The notes under the pieces were generated by a model. It did no database searches and was not told where the DNA came from. It worked only from the letters and a program-made list of their open reading frames with translations. This document shows positions 25,830-36,891 of a stretch of 64,000 nt of DNA, in pieces. The first letter of the stretch is position 1; each line of letters begins with the position of its first letter. The position numbers were made by a program, and so were the translations under genes. Source of the stretch: Lama glama (Eukaryota); assembly GCA_028534125.1 (NCBI GenBank), contig CM052817.1, forward strand, positions 108,750,001 through 108,814,000, given 5' to 3'.

Positions 25830-26700
25830 CTCAGAACGAGACCCTTTTCTTAAGGTGAGAGCAGCTACAGCACTAGGGAGGGAGTTTGTGGCATGCGAGA
25901 CAGAGGAGATGTTACACACAGGAAATTGGTGATACGGTGAGAAGCTACAGGAGTCAGGACTTGTTGAAATTTTTTTTTCTTTAATTTTAGCTAGGACTTA
26001 CTGAAATGGGTGCTGGTAAAAGTGGAGCTTTGGCAGTGGAAGAATAAGGGAGTTTCTGTGTGCTATATCTATTTCTTTTTAATGAAGTATGATAAAAAAT
26101 ATTGTAGATTGAAGTTAGAAGGAGAAATGTTTGAGGTTTGAGGACTGAATGGTCAGCCTGAAATATTTGTAACAGAGAACTAACGAGCAATCTTACTGGG
26201 TGTACACACCGAGTCCGCCAAGCGGCCTTGAGAGCTGTGGTCGTCAGTCAGGCATTAGCTCAGTTGACATGGTCTGTTTTATTCCTCCACCAACACTTAG
26301 TGGGCATGTGAAGATGGGTGTTAGGAGGATATTTGTGCAAACCTGAATGATGGTTTTTCCGGGTGATTCTTTTGGAGGGTGAAAGAGACAAGCGATACAC
26401 AGTGCTGGCTTGGGAGACACTGTAGTGATTGATTATGGAATTGACACCAGTGAAGGAAGAAAAGGAGGAGGGAAGTGGGTGATGGACAGTAATGACACTG
26501 TAATGATAACAGTTTGGACTTCTCAATTTGGTTGAAGAATTGCCGGTTAGAGGATGGCAGAATGGTTAAATTGAAAAACTAAAGTCATGATCAATGAAAA
26601 AAATGCTTGCAATGGAGACTTCTGAGATTCCATGGTTGGGACCATATCGTGGATCTTGCCAAAAGAATAGGTGGTAGAAGTTGGTACTAGGTTCCCCAGT
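25830..26700 (-). mobile_element. LINE-2 relic (fragmented)
   Basis: Purine-rich degenerate antisense L2-like sequence continuing the 23.5-25.3 kb L2 across the SINE and MLT1 insertions. Confidence 0.4.
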
Positions 26701-26738
26701 TAGCAGATTAAAAACATGCTTAGTGGGTGAGTGCATGT

Positions 26739-26740
<2 letters not shown>

Positions 26741-26770
<30 letters not shown>

Positions 26771-26777
26771 TCACTCA
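26741..26777. repeat. (CA)n microsatellite
   Basis: Directly visible. Confidence 0.95.
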
Positions 26778-27617
26778 TGGGCAGGAATATGTCAACAAAT
26801 AAATTTGAAGTAATTTTATATTTTAATATTTATTTCAGAAGATAATTTTAAATCCTCATTTTATTAATTTTTTTGCTTGTTTTATGGTGAAGTGTTTTCA
26901 TTTTAAATTATGCATGGATTAGTCTTTTCTGGGTAGAGAACTTTTAAATCTGGCTCCGAGTGAAGGGGATTGGAGGAAGATGATGAGAGATTAGTGGTCC
27001 ATAAACTTGAAGAACTGTTTTTGGTGGGTCATCCACAAGATCGATCTGTGTTTCCTACAGAAATATGTAAAGAATTTCCAAGAGAGAGCACTGTGGATTG
27101 CTGAATTCTGAGATGACTAAGTGAAGTATTTATTAGAGGTGGGTCCTGAAGTTTGCATGGTATATTTGAAAGGTTTTTTTTTCTGATTGTAAAAATAACT
27201 CATGTATTAGGTGCAAAATACATAAATACCAAAAACAAAGAGAATAAAACGTGATTCGACGACAAGGACCTCACAATCTAAAAGCAGGGTCCAGCGATTT
27301 TGCTCTCTTCCCATCTTCCTTCATTTTTCAAAAATTGTATCAACTAAGTATACTGTTTAGTGACTTACTTTATTTGACAGTGTACCACGTGCTTTCCCCT
27401 ATACCAATATGTATTCTCTAAAACAAGAATCATAATTTATTTAAAATGCATGGAAGGGGATCTGGCTTGAAGAGATAGTCCGTGTGGTAAGATACAGTGA
27501 ACGAGATCCCAGTCTTCAGAACCCTCTGCATATCAGTCTGAGGATTTTGAAAGGGATTCTTCCAGCAAAGAGATTTGTTAGGGAAATAAACTTAATTGTA
27601 GATGGTGGCATTATGTG

Positions 27618-28117
27618 NNNNNNNNNNNNNNNNNNNNNNNNNNNNNNNNNNNNNNNNNNNNNNNNNNNNNNNNNNNNNNNNNNNNNNNNNNNNNNNNNNN
27701 NNNNNNNNNNNNNNNNNNNNNNNNNNNNNNNNNNNNNNNNNNNNNNNNNNNNNNNNNNNNNNNNNNNNNNNNNNNNNNNNNNNNNNNNNNNNNNNNNNNN
27801 NNNNNNNNNNNNNNNNNNNNNNNNNNNNNNNNNNNNNNNNNNNNNNNNNNNNNNNNNNNNNNNNNNNNNNNNNNNNNNNNNNNNNNNNNNNNNNNNNNNN
27901 NNNNNNNNNNNNNNNNNNNNNNNNNNNNNNNNNNNNNNNNNNNNNNNNNNNNNNNNNNNNNNNNNNNNNNNNNNNNNNNNNNNNNNNNNNNNNNNNNNNN
28001 NNNNNNNNNNNNNNNNNNNNNNNNNNNNNNNNNNNNNNNNNNNNNNNNNNNNNNNNNNNNNNNNNNNNNNNNNNNNNNNNNNNNNNNNNNNNNNNNNNNN
28101 NNNNNNNNNNNNNNNNN
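27618..28117. other. Assembly gap (500 N)
   Basis: Run of N. Confidence 1.
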
Positions 28118-28945
28118 CTATTGGTGTACCTCTTGATGGCTTCAATTTTTGGTAATTATGAATCAAGCTGCCATAAACATTTATGTACAGGTTTTGCATG
28201 AACATATATTTTTATTTTTATGTATATTTAATTCACTTGGTGAATAGTTGAGTGTGAGCTTCCTGGACTGTATGGTAAGCATATATATTACTTTATGAAA
28301 ACCTGATTGGCTGTCTCATTTTCTATTTCCACCCCAAATTAATGAAGTTTCCTTTTGCTCTTCATTCTCCCTAGAATTTGGTAGTGTTCATTTATTTGTA
28401 GTTGTTTCTGATTTTTTAGCCATTTTAATATACATGAAGTGTTATCTCACTGTGGTTTTAATTTGCATTTTATAATGACTAATAATGTACATCATTAATT
28501 TCATGATCATTTGCCTTTCATATATTGTCTTTGGGGACGTTTCTGTTCATATCTTTTGACTTCTGTTAATTGAGTTCCTTATTGTCTTATTTCTGTGTAT
28601 TGAGTGTTGTTTTAATATATTCTGGATACATGTTCTACATCTGATATATGATTTGCATATGTTTTCTACTATTCTGTGGCTTCTTTTGATTTTTGTAATA
28701 GTGTCCTGCATGAAAAGCAAATACACTTTTTATTTTTATGAAATCCAATCAGTCAATCTTTTTTTTTATGGATCATGCTTTTGATGTCCTTCTAAAAACT
28801 CACCACCAAACTAAAGTCATCCAGCTTTTCTGCTGTGTTTTCTTACATAGGTTTTATGTAAGAAACAATGAACAATTATTTAACAATTTAAACAACTAGG
28901 TTTTTGATTGTTTGAGTTAGTTTTTATAAGACATAGGGTGTATGT
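28118..28945 (-). mobile_element. Old L1M ORF2 3' region
   Basis: AAGCTGCCATAAACATT...TATCTCACTGTGGTTTTAATTTGCATTT...ATATATTCTGGATACA...TTATGGATCATGCTTTTGATGTC; antisense L1. Confidence 0.85.
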
Positions 28946-28949
28946 CAAG

Positions 28950-29570
28950 ACCACATCATGGAGATGAACCCAGGCAGAGGCAGATGGTTTCCGTGGGGTG
29001 GGGAGACAAAGCTTTGAGGCTGGGACCCCAGTGAGGCCAGGGCTCACAAGGACAAACTCTAGGGAGGAGAGAGCTACATACTGAGCAACTCCAGAGAACT
29101 ATAGAGGCCCTCCTCCTGGATTTTTTTGTTTGTTACTGATGTGCATATATGTGTGGGAAACCTACCTGAGCCTGAGGAAAGAAGCACCTGAAAGGAACAG
29201 AAGAACAATTCCCAGGGCTCATCCAGGGTCAACTACAGTTTATGTTCCAAGCAGTCACAGTAGGAAACATTGAAGTAGCACCAGAAGAATACTCAGAAGC
29301 TTCTTGTGTTACTTCAGTGGTGGGAAAAATAATAACTATTAAATTGCTATCTAACAAGACTTAAAGGCAAGGCCTGAAATAAACTACTTCCATGTAAATT
29401 AACATTGTCCCAGAACAAAGCTTAACTATTTAAAGGAATATCCAGCATCCAACAAGGTAAATATCACAATGTTTGGCATTCAGTAAAAAAATTACAAGAC
29501 ATGCAAAGAACCAGAAAAATGTGATCAATAATGAAGAGAATAATCAGTTCATTGGAATTGACTCAAAATT
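28950..29570 (+). mobile_element. Old L1M 5' region and ORF1 start
   Basis: CCAGCATCCAACAAGGTAAATATCACAATGTTTGGCATTCAGTAAAAAAATTACAAGACATGCAAAGAACCAGAAAAATGTGATC is typical of L1MC-ME 5' ends. Confidence 0.7.
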
Positions 29571-29721
29571 AAAGTATGAATGAACTGCAAAAACACGAAT
29601 GCTTTGATGTATGTACCAAGTGTGATTACAATGTATACTTTAAATGTCTTATAATTTTTTGTCATTTATACCTTAATAAAGCTGGAAAAAAGTCATAACA
29701 ATGCACATTTTAAGATTTCAT

Positions 29722-31054
29722 GACAGAAGCAAGATGGCGGAGTAGAAGGACGCTCGTAGCTCACCCTCTCCCACAAATACATCAAAACTCACATCTACGG
29801 ACCCACTCAGCCAACCAGAGCACCTGCCGAACTCCAACAACATCACCCTCTTTGAAAGACAAAGACGCCAAAAATCTGGTAGGAAAAAAGGAAAAAAGAA
29901 AGAAGAAAAAGCAAAACAGTGCAGGACCAGTCTCATGGGGAGGAGGACTGGTGCTCACTTGCTGGGTCCCCCCTCTCCAACGGAGAGGCCATTGGGACAG
30001 AGAGGGAGCCTCCAAGGCTCAGGTCTGCCCCAAGCACCCCTTGACTGACAGAACTGAGTTAAATGGGCACAAAGGGTCCCTGCGACACCCAGCCTGAGAT
30101 ACAAGCCTGCAGCTGGGGGCTGGGACAGGCCGCCCGAGCCGGGCAGAGGACTGGGGCGGCTGCACTGAGGCAGCCCCAGGGGACTGCAGGGGGCTGCACG
30201 CCCATGGCTGGGAGGGGATATGGAGCAGAATAACCTCAGTCCCCATAAATTACTAAAAAAGCAAAGCAACAAGGTTGGTGTGCCCTGGGCGGGGAGGGGC
30301 GCCACAGCCTTTGTCTCCTCAGACCCGCACCTCCATTACTGGTGCGTCTTGTGAGAAGAGAGGCGGGGCACAGCCACAGCCGCCATCTCCTCCTGTGCAC
30401 AGCACCCGGGCAGGGGCGGGGCCAAGCCCTGAATCCGCATCGGGGGCTCCACAACCTGCTAGGCAGGACTGAAACTTGTTTACAGCCTGAGGCAGATGGG
30501 ATCTTTCTGCCCTGGTCCCTCAGAGAACTCGTGCCACCAAGACAAACAAGGAGCTGAGATTTGGCAGGGAGCAGGGACAGGGCCATTCCACGGTCTTCCC
30601 CGAGCCCGCCTTCGGAGCGCCGACCTGAGGTGGAGCGGGCAGCTGCACAGAGCTGCGGAGTGACTGGCACTGGGAGAGGTCGGGCAGCCACCCCCCCCCC
30701 CCTTCCTGGCAGGAATGCAGCACCTGACCAAGGTCCTGAGAGGGGGCACAATCCACTCACCTGCTTCCCCCGAGCGCAGCATCTGACTGCAGCATCGGGA
30801 GGGGGAATGACCCGCCCGCCCACCGGGAAAGAGCTCAGCACGTGACCCAGTGTTGGGAGGGGGCGCAATCTGCTAGCCGACAGCCACTGGGAGCAGCACA
30901 GACGAGGCCGCCAACAGATGGCCTCTGGAAACAGCAAGCTGAGTTCGCAAAACAGGGCGAAGATACAAAGACCTCTCAATAAAATCATTAAGAGCACACC
31001 GTCTCCAGGAGAACTAGATAACTGATACTCCTTAAGCCACAGTGCCAGAGAGAT
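29722..31054 (+). promoter_or_regulatory. L1 5'UTR internal promoter (CpG-retaining)
   Basis: YY1 site at +9, several GGGCGG boxes, many CpGs upstream of the ORF1 ATG. Confidence 0.75.
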
Positions 31055-31957
31055 ATGAGCAGTATGAAGAAGCAGAGGAACCACTCCCAATTAAAAGATC
31101 AAGCGAAACCCTCTGAAAGCGTGATCAAGGAAATAGACACTAATGGCCTACTAGATTAAGACTTCAAAAAAGGAGTGATCCAAGTATTGAAGGATCTGAA
31201 AGATAGTGTTTAGAGATATAAAATACATCAAAAATGAAACAGAAGCTATAAAGAAGAACCAAGTAGAATTAGTAAACTCATTTGCTGAGATGAGAGCTGA
31301 CCTAAAGGCTGTGCAAAGCAGGCTAGATAATGCAGAGGAACGAATAAGTGACCTAGTAGACAGGACAACAGAAAGCACCCAATCAGAACAAACAGCTGAG
31401 AGAAAAACAAATAAAAACCAACAAAAACAATATAAGGGACCTATGGGATAATATAAAGCGTGCCAAACTACGCTTAATAGGGGTTCCAGGAGGGGAAGAA
31501 AGAACAAAGGGGATTGAAAAGGTGTTTGAAGAAATCATGACTGAAAACTTCCCAAACCTAAAGAAGGAATCAGATATCCAAGCACAAGAGGCTCAGAGGG
31601 TCCCAAACAAGAAGAACCCAAATAGACCCACACCAAGACATATTATAATCAAGATGGCCAGAGTCAAATATAAAGAAATGATCCTAAAGGCAGCAAGAGA
31701 AGAACAAAGAGTGAGTTACAAAGGAACCCCCATAAGGCTCTCAGCTGATTTCTCTACACAAACACTACAGGCCAAAAGGGAGTGGCAAGTTATATTCAAA
31801 GTCCTGAATGAAAAAAAGATGCAGCCTAGGATACTCTATCTAGCAAGGCTATCCTTTAGAATAGAAGGAGAAATAAAGAACTTCACAGACAAGCAAAAAC
31901 TAAGAGTTTAGCAACACTAAACCCACACTAAAAGAAATATTCACAGGTCTACTCTAA
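31055..31957 (+). pseudogene. L1 ORF1p, disrupted
   Basis: MSSMKKQRNHSQLK...SRLDNAEERISDL...IMTENFPNL...RPTPRHIIIKM...GTPIRLSADFS...REWQVIFKVL; in-frame TAA at 31157-31159 and at least three frameshifts. Confidence 0.93.
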
Positions 31958-32098
31958 ACAGAAAAAAGCAAGATGCTACAAAAATGAGAAACTCATAACT
32001 GGAAAGGTGGTAACTACCATGAATTACAAATAGAATAAACACAAAATTGTGAAATAAGACATCTAAATCATTAAGAGTAGGAGAGGAAAGCAAGGAAA

Positions 32099-32430
32099 GC
32101 CACTGTGGAAAACAGTATGGAGATTCCTCAAAAGACTAGGAATAGACTTACCATATGACCCAGGAATCCCACTCCTGGGCATATATCCAGAAGGAATCTT
32201 ACTTCAAAATGACACCTGCACCCCAATGTTTGTAGCAGCACTATATACAATAGCCAAGACATGGAAACAGCCTAAATGTCCATCAACAGATGACTGAATA
32301 AAGAAGAAGTGGTATATTTATACAATGGAATACTATTCAGCCACAAAAACTGACAACATAACGCCATTTGCAGCAACATGGATGTTGCTGGAGAATGTCA
32401 CTATAAGTGAAGTAAGCCAGAGAGAGAAAA
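32099..32430 (+). pseudogene. L1 ORF2p C-terminal ~110 codons only
   Basis: PLWKTVWRFLKRLGIDLPYDPGIPLLGIYP...CTPMFVAALYTIAKTWKQPKCPSTDD*IKKKWYIYTMEYYSA. Confidence 0.93.
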
Positions 32431-33526
32431 ATACCATATGAGATCACTCATATGTGGAATCTAAAACAAAACAAAACAAAATAAACATAAATGAGGAACA
32501 GAGGCAGACTTGTAGACATGGAGTACAGACTTGTGGTTGCCAGGGGGGCGGGGGGTGGTGGGGACAGACTGGGATTTTAAAGTGCAGAGTGGATGAATGG
32601 GATTGTACTGTGGAGTACAGGGAAGTGTGTACAGGATCTTGTGGTAGCTCATAGCGAAAGAGAATGTGACAATGAATATATGTATGTTCATGTATAACTG
32701 AAAAATTATGCTCTACACTGGAATTTGACACAATGTTGTGGAATGACTATCACTCAACAAAAAAATGTAAAAAACCCAAAACAACAACAACAAAAAAGAT
32801 TTCATTTATACAATATTTTTAAAAGACTAGGAAACTCTAATGTTTATAGATATATAGTTAGCTGATAAAAGTATAAAGAAAAGTAAGGAAATGACTATTA
32901 TCTATTTGAGGGGAAAAAACTAAAAAAAAAAAAGACACAAATGAACTACTTATTATTTATAACTTAGATGACTGATTTCTTGAATATGTGTATAAGCGTA
33001 TCTGACTGTCCTATATGATCAGATCACCACACTCTGTTGATTCTTATTTTGTAGTTGGCTTTATTCCTTTGATAACTATGTAAGTTTAAAAAGCTAAAGC
33101 TCTAAACTGTTCTTAGAAGCAAAGATCAGAACATACATGTAAACTAAAACAATGTGCAGTATATTGTATATATGTATTTACATGCAATGCAATGTATATG
33201 TGCAAACTATAATAATTCTACTTAATAAGACTGGAAAAGGGGGGAAAAAAAAGAATGGGACAGAGTAGTAGAAAGGGTCTCGGGTGCTGGCAATATCTTA
33301 CATGTTGACCGTGGCTGTGGTTATACAGTTACATTTTGTCTGGTGCACTTTTTAAAATTCCACAGTAGTAAGCTGTAAAATTAGGACTGTTATTTTATCA
33401 ATTAAAATGGAAAATATAAAATAAAAAGTAGTTAGGAGGGTGTGAGGACACAGTCATTCTAATTCCTTGCTGGCAAATGAAATTGAGAATAGACAGCTCT
33501 GAGGTTTTTAAAAAGTAATGCTTTGT

Positions 33527-34389
33527 GTTACCACACACCTACTAGAATAACTGAAATCCAGAGCACTGACTACACTGGATGCTGGTGAGGTTGTGGACCA
33601 AGGAGAACCCTCACTCATCGCTGGTGGGAATGCAACATGGTGCAGCCACTGTGGAAGACAGTTGGACAGTTTCTTATAAAACTAAACACACTCTTACCAT
33701 ATGATCCAGCAATTTACTCTCTGGTGTCTACCGAAAAAGTTGAAAATTGTATGTCCACACAAAAACTTGCACATGGGTGTTTATGGCAGCTTTATTCATA
33801 ACTGCCAAAACTTGAAAGAAACCAAGATGCCGTGCAGTAGGTGAATGGATAAACTGTAGTACGTCTAGACAATAACATATAATTCATCACTAAAAAGAAA
33901 TGAGCTATCAAAACATAGATGAAACTTAAATGTGTATTACCAAGTGAAAGAAGCCAATATTTAAAAGGCTACAAACTGTATAATTCCAACTGGATGACAT
34001 TCTGTAAAAGGCAAAATTATGGAGACAGTAAAAAGATTAGTGGTTGCCAGGGGTTGAGGGCAGAGCAGGGGCTAAATGGGTGAAGTACAGATTTTTAGGC
34101 CAATGAAATTATTCTTTTCGATACTATAATTATGGATATGTATCATTCATTACATGCTTATCCAAGCCTATAGCGTGTGCTACAGCAACAGTGAAGTCTG
34201 ATGTGAACTGTGGACTCCGGCGGACTGTGTGTCCACGTAAGTCATCACTTGTAACAAAGGTACCACCCTGGGGGATGTATATAACGACAGAGATTCTGCA
34301 CGTGTGAGGGCAGGGGTATATATGGGCCCTCTAACTTCCTCTCAGTTTTGCACTAAGCCAAACTGCTCTGAAGTCTTTTTAAAAAGAAG
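33527..34389 (+). mobile_element. L1MC1/2-like 5'-truncated L1
   Basis: ORF2 end (GGTGCAGCCACTGTGGAAGACAG) and L1MC-type 3'UTR (AAAAGGCAAAATTATGGAGACAGTAAAAAGATTAGTGGTTGCCAGGG); degenerate TSD at 33511-33526 and 34390-34406. Confidence 0.88.
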
Positions 34390-35869
34390 AAAAGTAAGGT
34401 TTTTGTAAACTACTTTTTTCAAAGAGAGTTAGACTAATATTTACCTTATGTGAAGATTACTTTGTACATTTTACCCATTTACTAATTTCTTTTGTATATT
34501 TATTTTGTAATTTTAGGTGAAAATTTATTTTCATAAAGTAATAGTATATTTTATGTTAATGTTTAGACTAGATAAATAATATTTATACTTTTAGTTGAAA
34601 ATGTAGTTTTTTATTATTGGAAGATTAGGTGCCATAAGAACCCAAACACCTTATTTTGGATTGCAGGTAACTTCTGCCACAGATATTTTTCTATTAGCAA
34701 AGATGCTTTGGTTTCTTTTTTTGTTTCATTTAGGTGAGTTCAATTTGGATGTTATGAATGTATATCGTTCTCAAAAACTTGCTAAATATTTGCTCAAAAT
34801 AATTTACTAATTTTCCTTGGTTTCCTGTTTGCGAAAAACTTTTAAAAGTCAGACTTCATCTTATTTACAAAACGAAAATGTATTTGTTGTATTTCCTGGA
34901 TACTAAGAGAAGACAGGAGGTTTCTGAGTTTGATACAAAGGATTTTATTACTCATGCCCAGCAAGTCCCATGAGAAAAATATTATGTTGGGTCCCCCTCC
35001 CCCAAAGGAGTGATGGAGAATGGCCCTGGCAGGGGACACAGATGTAACGAGCTTGCCTCTTAGCTGAGGAGCCCAGATTTGCAGGAACCCTGGCAGTCCA
35101 GGGCCTTAGATGGAGATATTATCTTTGTGACACTGGATGGTATAAAGACCTTCCATTTGCTCCAGAGTGAAATACTAGCTCCATCTCGTAAGGCTCTATT
35201 TGTTATAAAAACATCCTTGAAAAGTAAGTCTGGGATGAAGGTAACCACCGTTTTTCCTTGTGAGACACCCAGGAACATGAGAGACCCACCACGAATCATC
35301 TCAAGACCACATTCATCCATAGTTTCCAAAGTTTCTTGGCTTCTGCTGAATTTTTCCACGAATACACTTCTGTATGCCACTCTAATTAATTGTACCCACA
35401 GCGTCTGGGGCCAAATTTGTTCAATTTTTCCTGCACAGCATTAAATTAGGTCCTGTACTCCAACAGGACTCCAAATAGCAGAATAAGGCCCACCTGTCCT
35501 GGTGACCTCCAAGGTCATGGACCCAAACAACCCAACAAACCATCAGGCCTGCTCCCTCAGTTGCTGTGAGCACCTTTTCCTTTGCCTGAGGCATTACTTC
35601 AGGTACAGCAAGATGAACTGGTGATGGCGTGGCCTCCACCTAGAACCGTAAGGCAGAAGTCTCAGACGATTTTCTCATAGCAACCCAGACCAGTGAATGA
35701 AGACAGATCTACAGGCCTCTGACGGTGGTCACTGACCACCATGACTAAAGTTAGAGAACATTTTATACTACCTATTCACCCACTGCATGAGTCCAATTTT
35801 AGAGATAATTACCCACAGGGTAAACATACAGAATCAGCAGACTCTGAAATCTCTACACAATTTACTCTG

Positions 35870-36599
35870 GTCAGTGAATTAGTATACAGAGATTTCCTTA
35901 AATGCTTTGAGACAATAAGTCTTTCAGTCTTTGCTGAGGGCCTGTGTGTACGTGTGTTGGGCACGTGTCTCAGTGCTCAGGTTGCTCACAGCTCTGCCTT
36001 AGCTTTAGCTTCCTACTTGTGCAGGGCCTCAAGGTCCCCCAGAGGTGAGCTTGCAGCCCTCCTAGGCATTTCTGGGCGTACCCACAGCCCTGCATATGCA
36101 TGTGACTTTCTGTGTTTCCAGGGACGTATCAGAGCTTTCAAATGAGACATCTTTATGGATGTCTCATTCCCAGGTCTTCTTTCCACATTTTTGGCCAGAC
36201 TCTTGTTTGCCCCAACTTGTCTCTAAACCTCAGTCAGATGCTACGTTAAGTAATTGCTGCTGATTTTTTCAGAAAAATCCTAAGTATAGGGCTTTTCCTG
36301 TTCAGCAAGCTCCAAGTCAGGTGGAACCATGACAAAGCCCCTCAGACGAGACTTTTCCAGGGATCTGCAGTGGGGAGGGGATTTGGGGGAGTCAGCCCCA
36401 TTATCCCCCCTCTAGTGGAGGCAAGGCTGCTGATGTCAACAGTTACCATGGTGGTGTGACCACTGTATCTCAAGGCTGTTCTGAAGCTGGGGAAAGAAGG
36501 ATGGAAAAAGCCAGTGAGAAAGCTATCATTTCTGCTGCTCGTCCTGAGCTTCAGTCGTTTGTCTGCCGTAGGTGATCCTCTGATTTGCTTTCTTCTTTC
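35870..36599 (-). mobile_element. Old L1M 5' region (antisense)
   Basis: ACAGAGATTTCCTTAAATGC...CAGTCTTTGCTGAGGG...CTCTGCCTTAGC...CAGAGCTTTCAAA matches recalled L1M4/L1MD 5'-end consensus. Confidence 0.7.
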
Positions 36600-36612
36600 A
36601 AAACTTGTTGAA

Positions 36613-36891
36613 AAAACAGACTCACAGACTTAGTAAACAATCTTATGGTTACTGAGGAAAGGGGGTGGGAGGGGGTAAATTTGGGAGTTTGAGATTTGCA
36701 AATGTTAACCACTATATATAATAGTAGATTTTTTTTAAAGTTTCTTCTGTATAGCACAGGGAACTATGTTCAATATCTTAATAACCTTTAATGGAAAAAA
36801 TATGAAAACAAATATATGTATGTATATGCATGACTGGCACATTGTGCTGAACACCAAAAACTGACACATTATAATTGACTGTACTTCAAAA
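36613..36891 (+). mobile_element. Young camelid-type L1 3'UTR (second 3'-end type)
   Basis: CAGACTCACAGACTTAGTAAACAATCTTATGGTTAC...TGTATAGCACAGGGAACTAT...TGTATATGCATGACTGG; degenerate TSD AAAACTTG.T.AA at 36600-36612 and 36892-36904. Confidence 0.92.

Larger units (their letters stand above)
29722..32795 (+). mobile_element. Young camelid-type LINE-1 with both ends but most of ORF2 deleted
   Basis: TSD AAGATTTCAT at 29712-29721 and 32796-32805; YY1 motif CAAGATGGCGG at 29730-29740; GC-rich 5'UTR; ORF1; jump at ~32098 to ORF2 C-terminus; 3'UTR with G-tract; A-rich tail. Confidence 0.96.

Noticed and set aside
27484..28205. ORFs of 173-229 aa in the ORF track
   Set aside because: Artefacts of translating through the 500-N gap
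35060..35640. Faint resemblance of the putative retrocopy to SSU72, NUDCD2, STYX or RPL7L1
   Set aside because: Only scattered residues match across different frames; none is convincing, so no gene symbol is assigned
35724..35740. GGTGGTCA-C-TGACCACC inverted repeat (IR1 nuclear-receptor-like)
   Set aside because: An 8-bp arm pair is expected about once per window by chance; no other support
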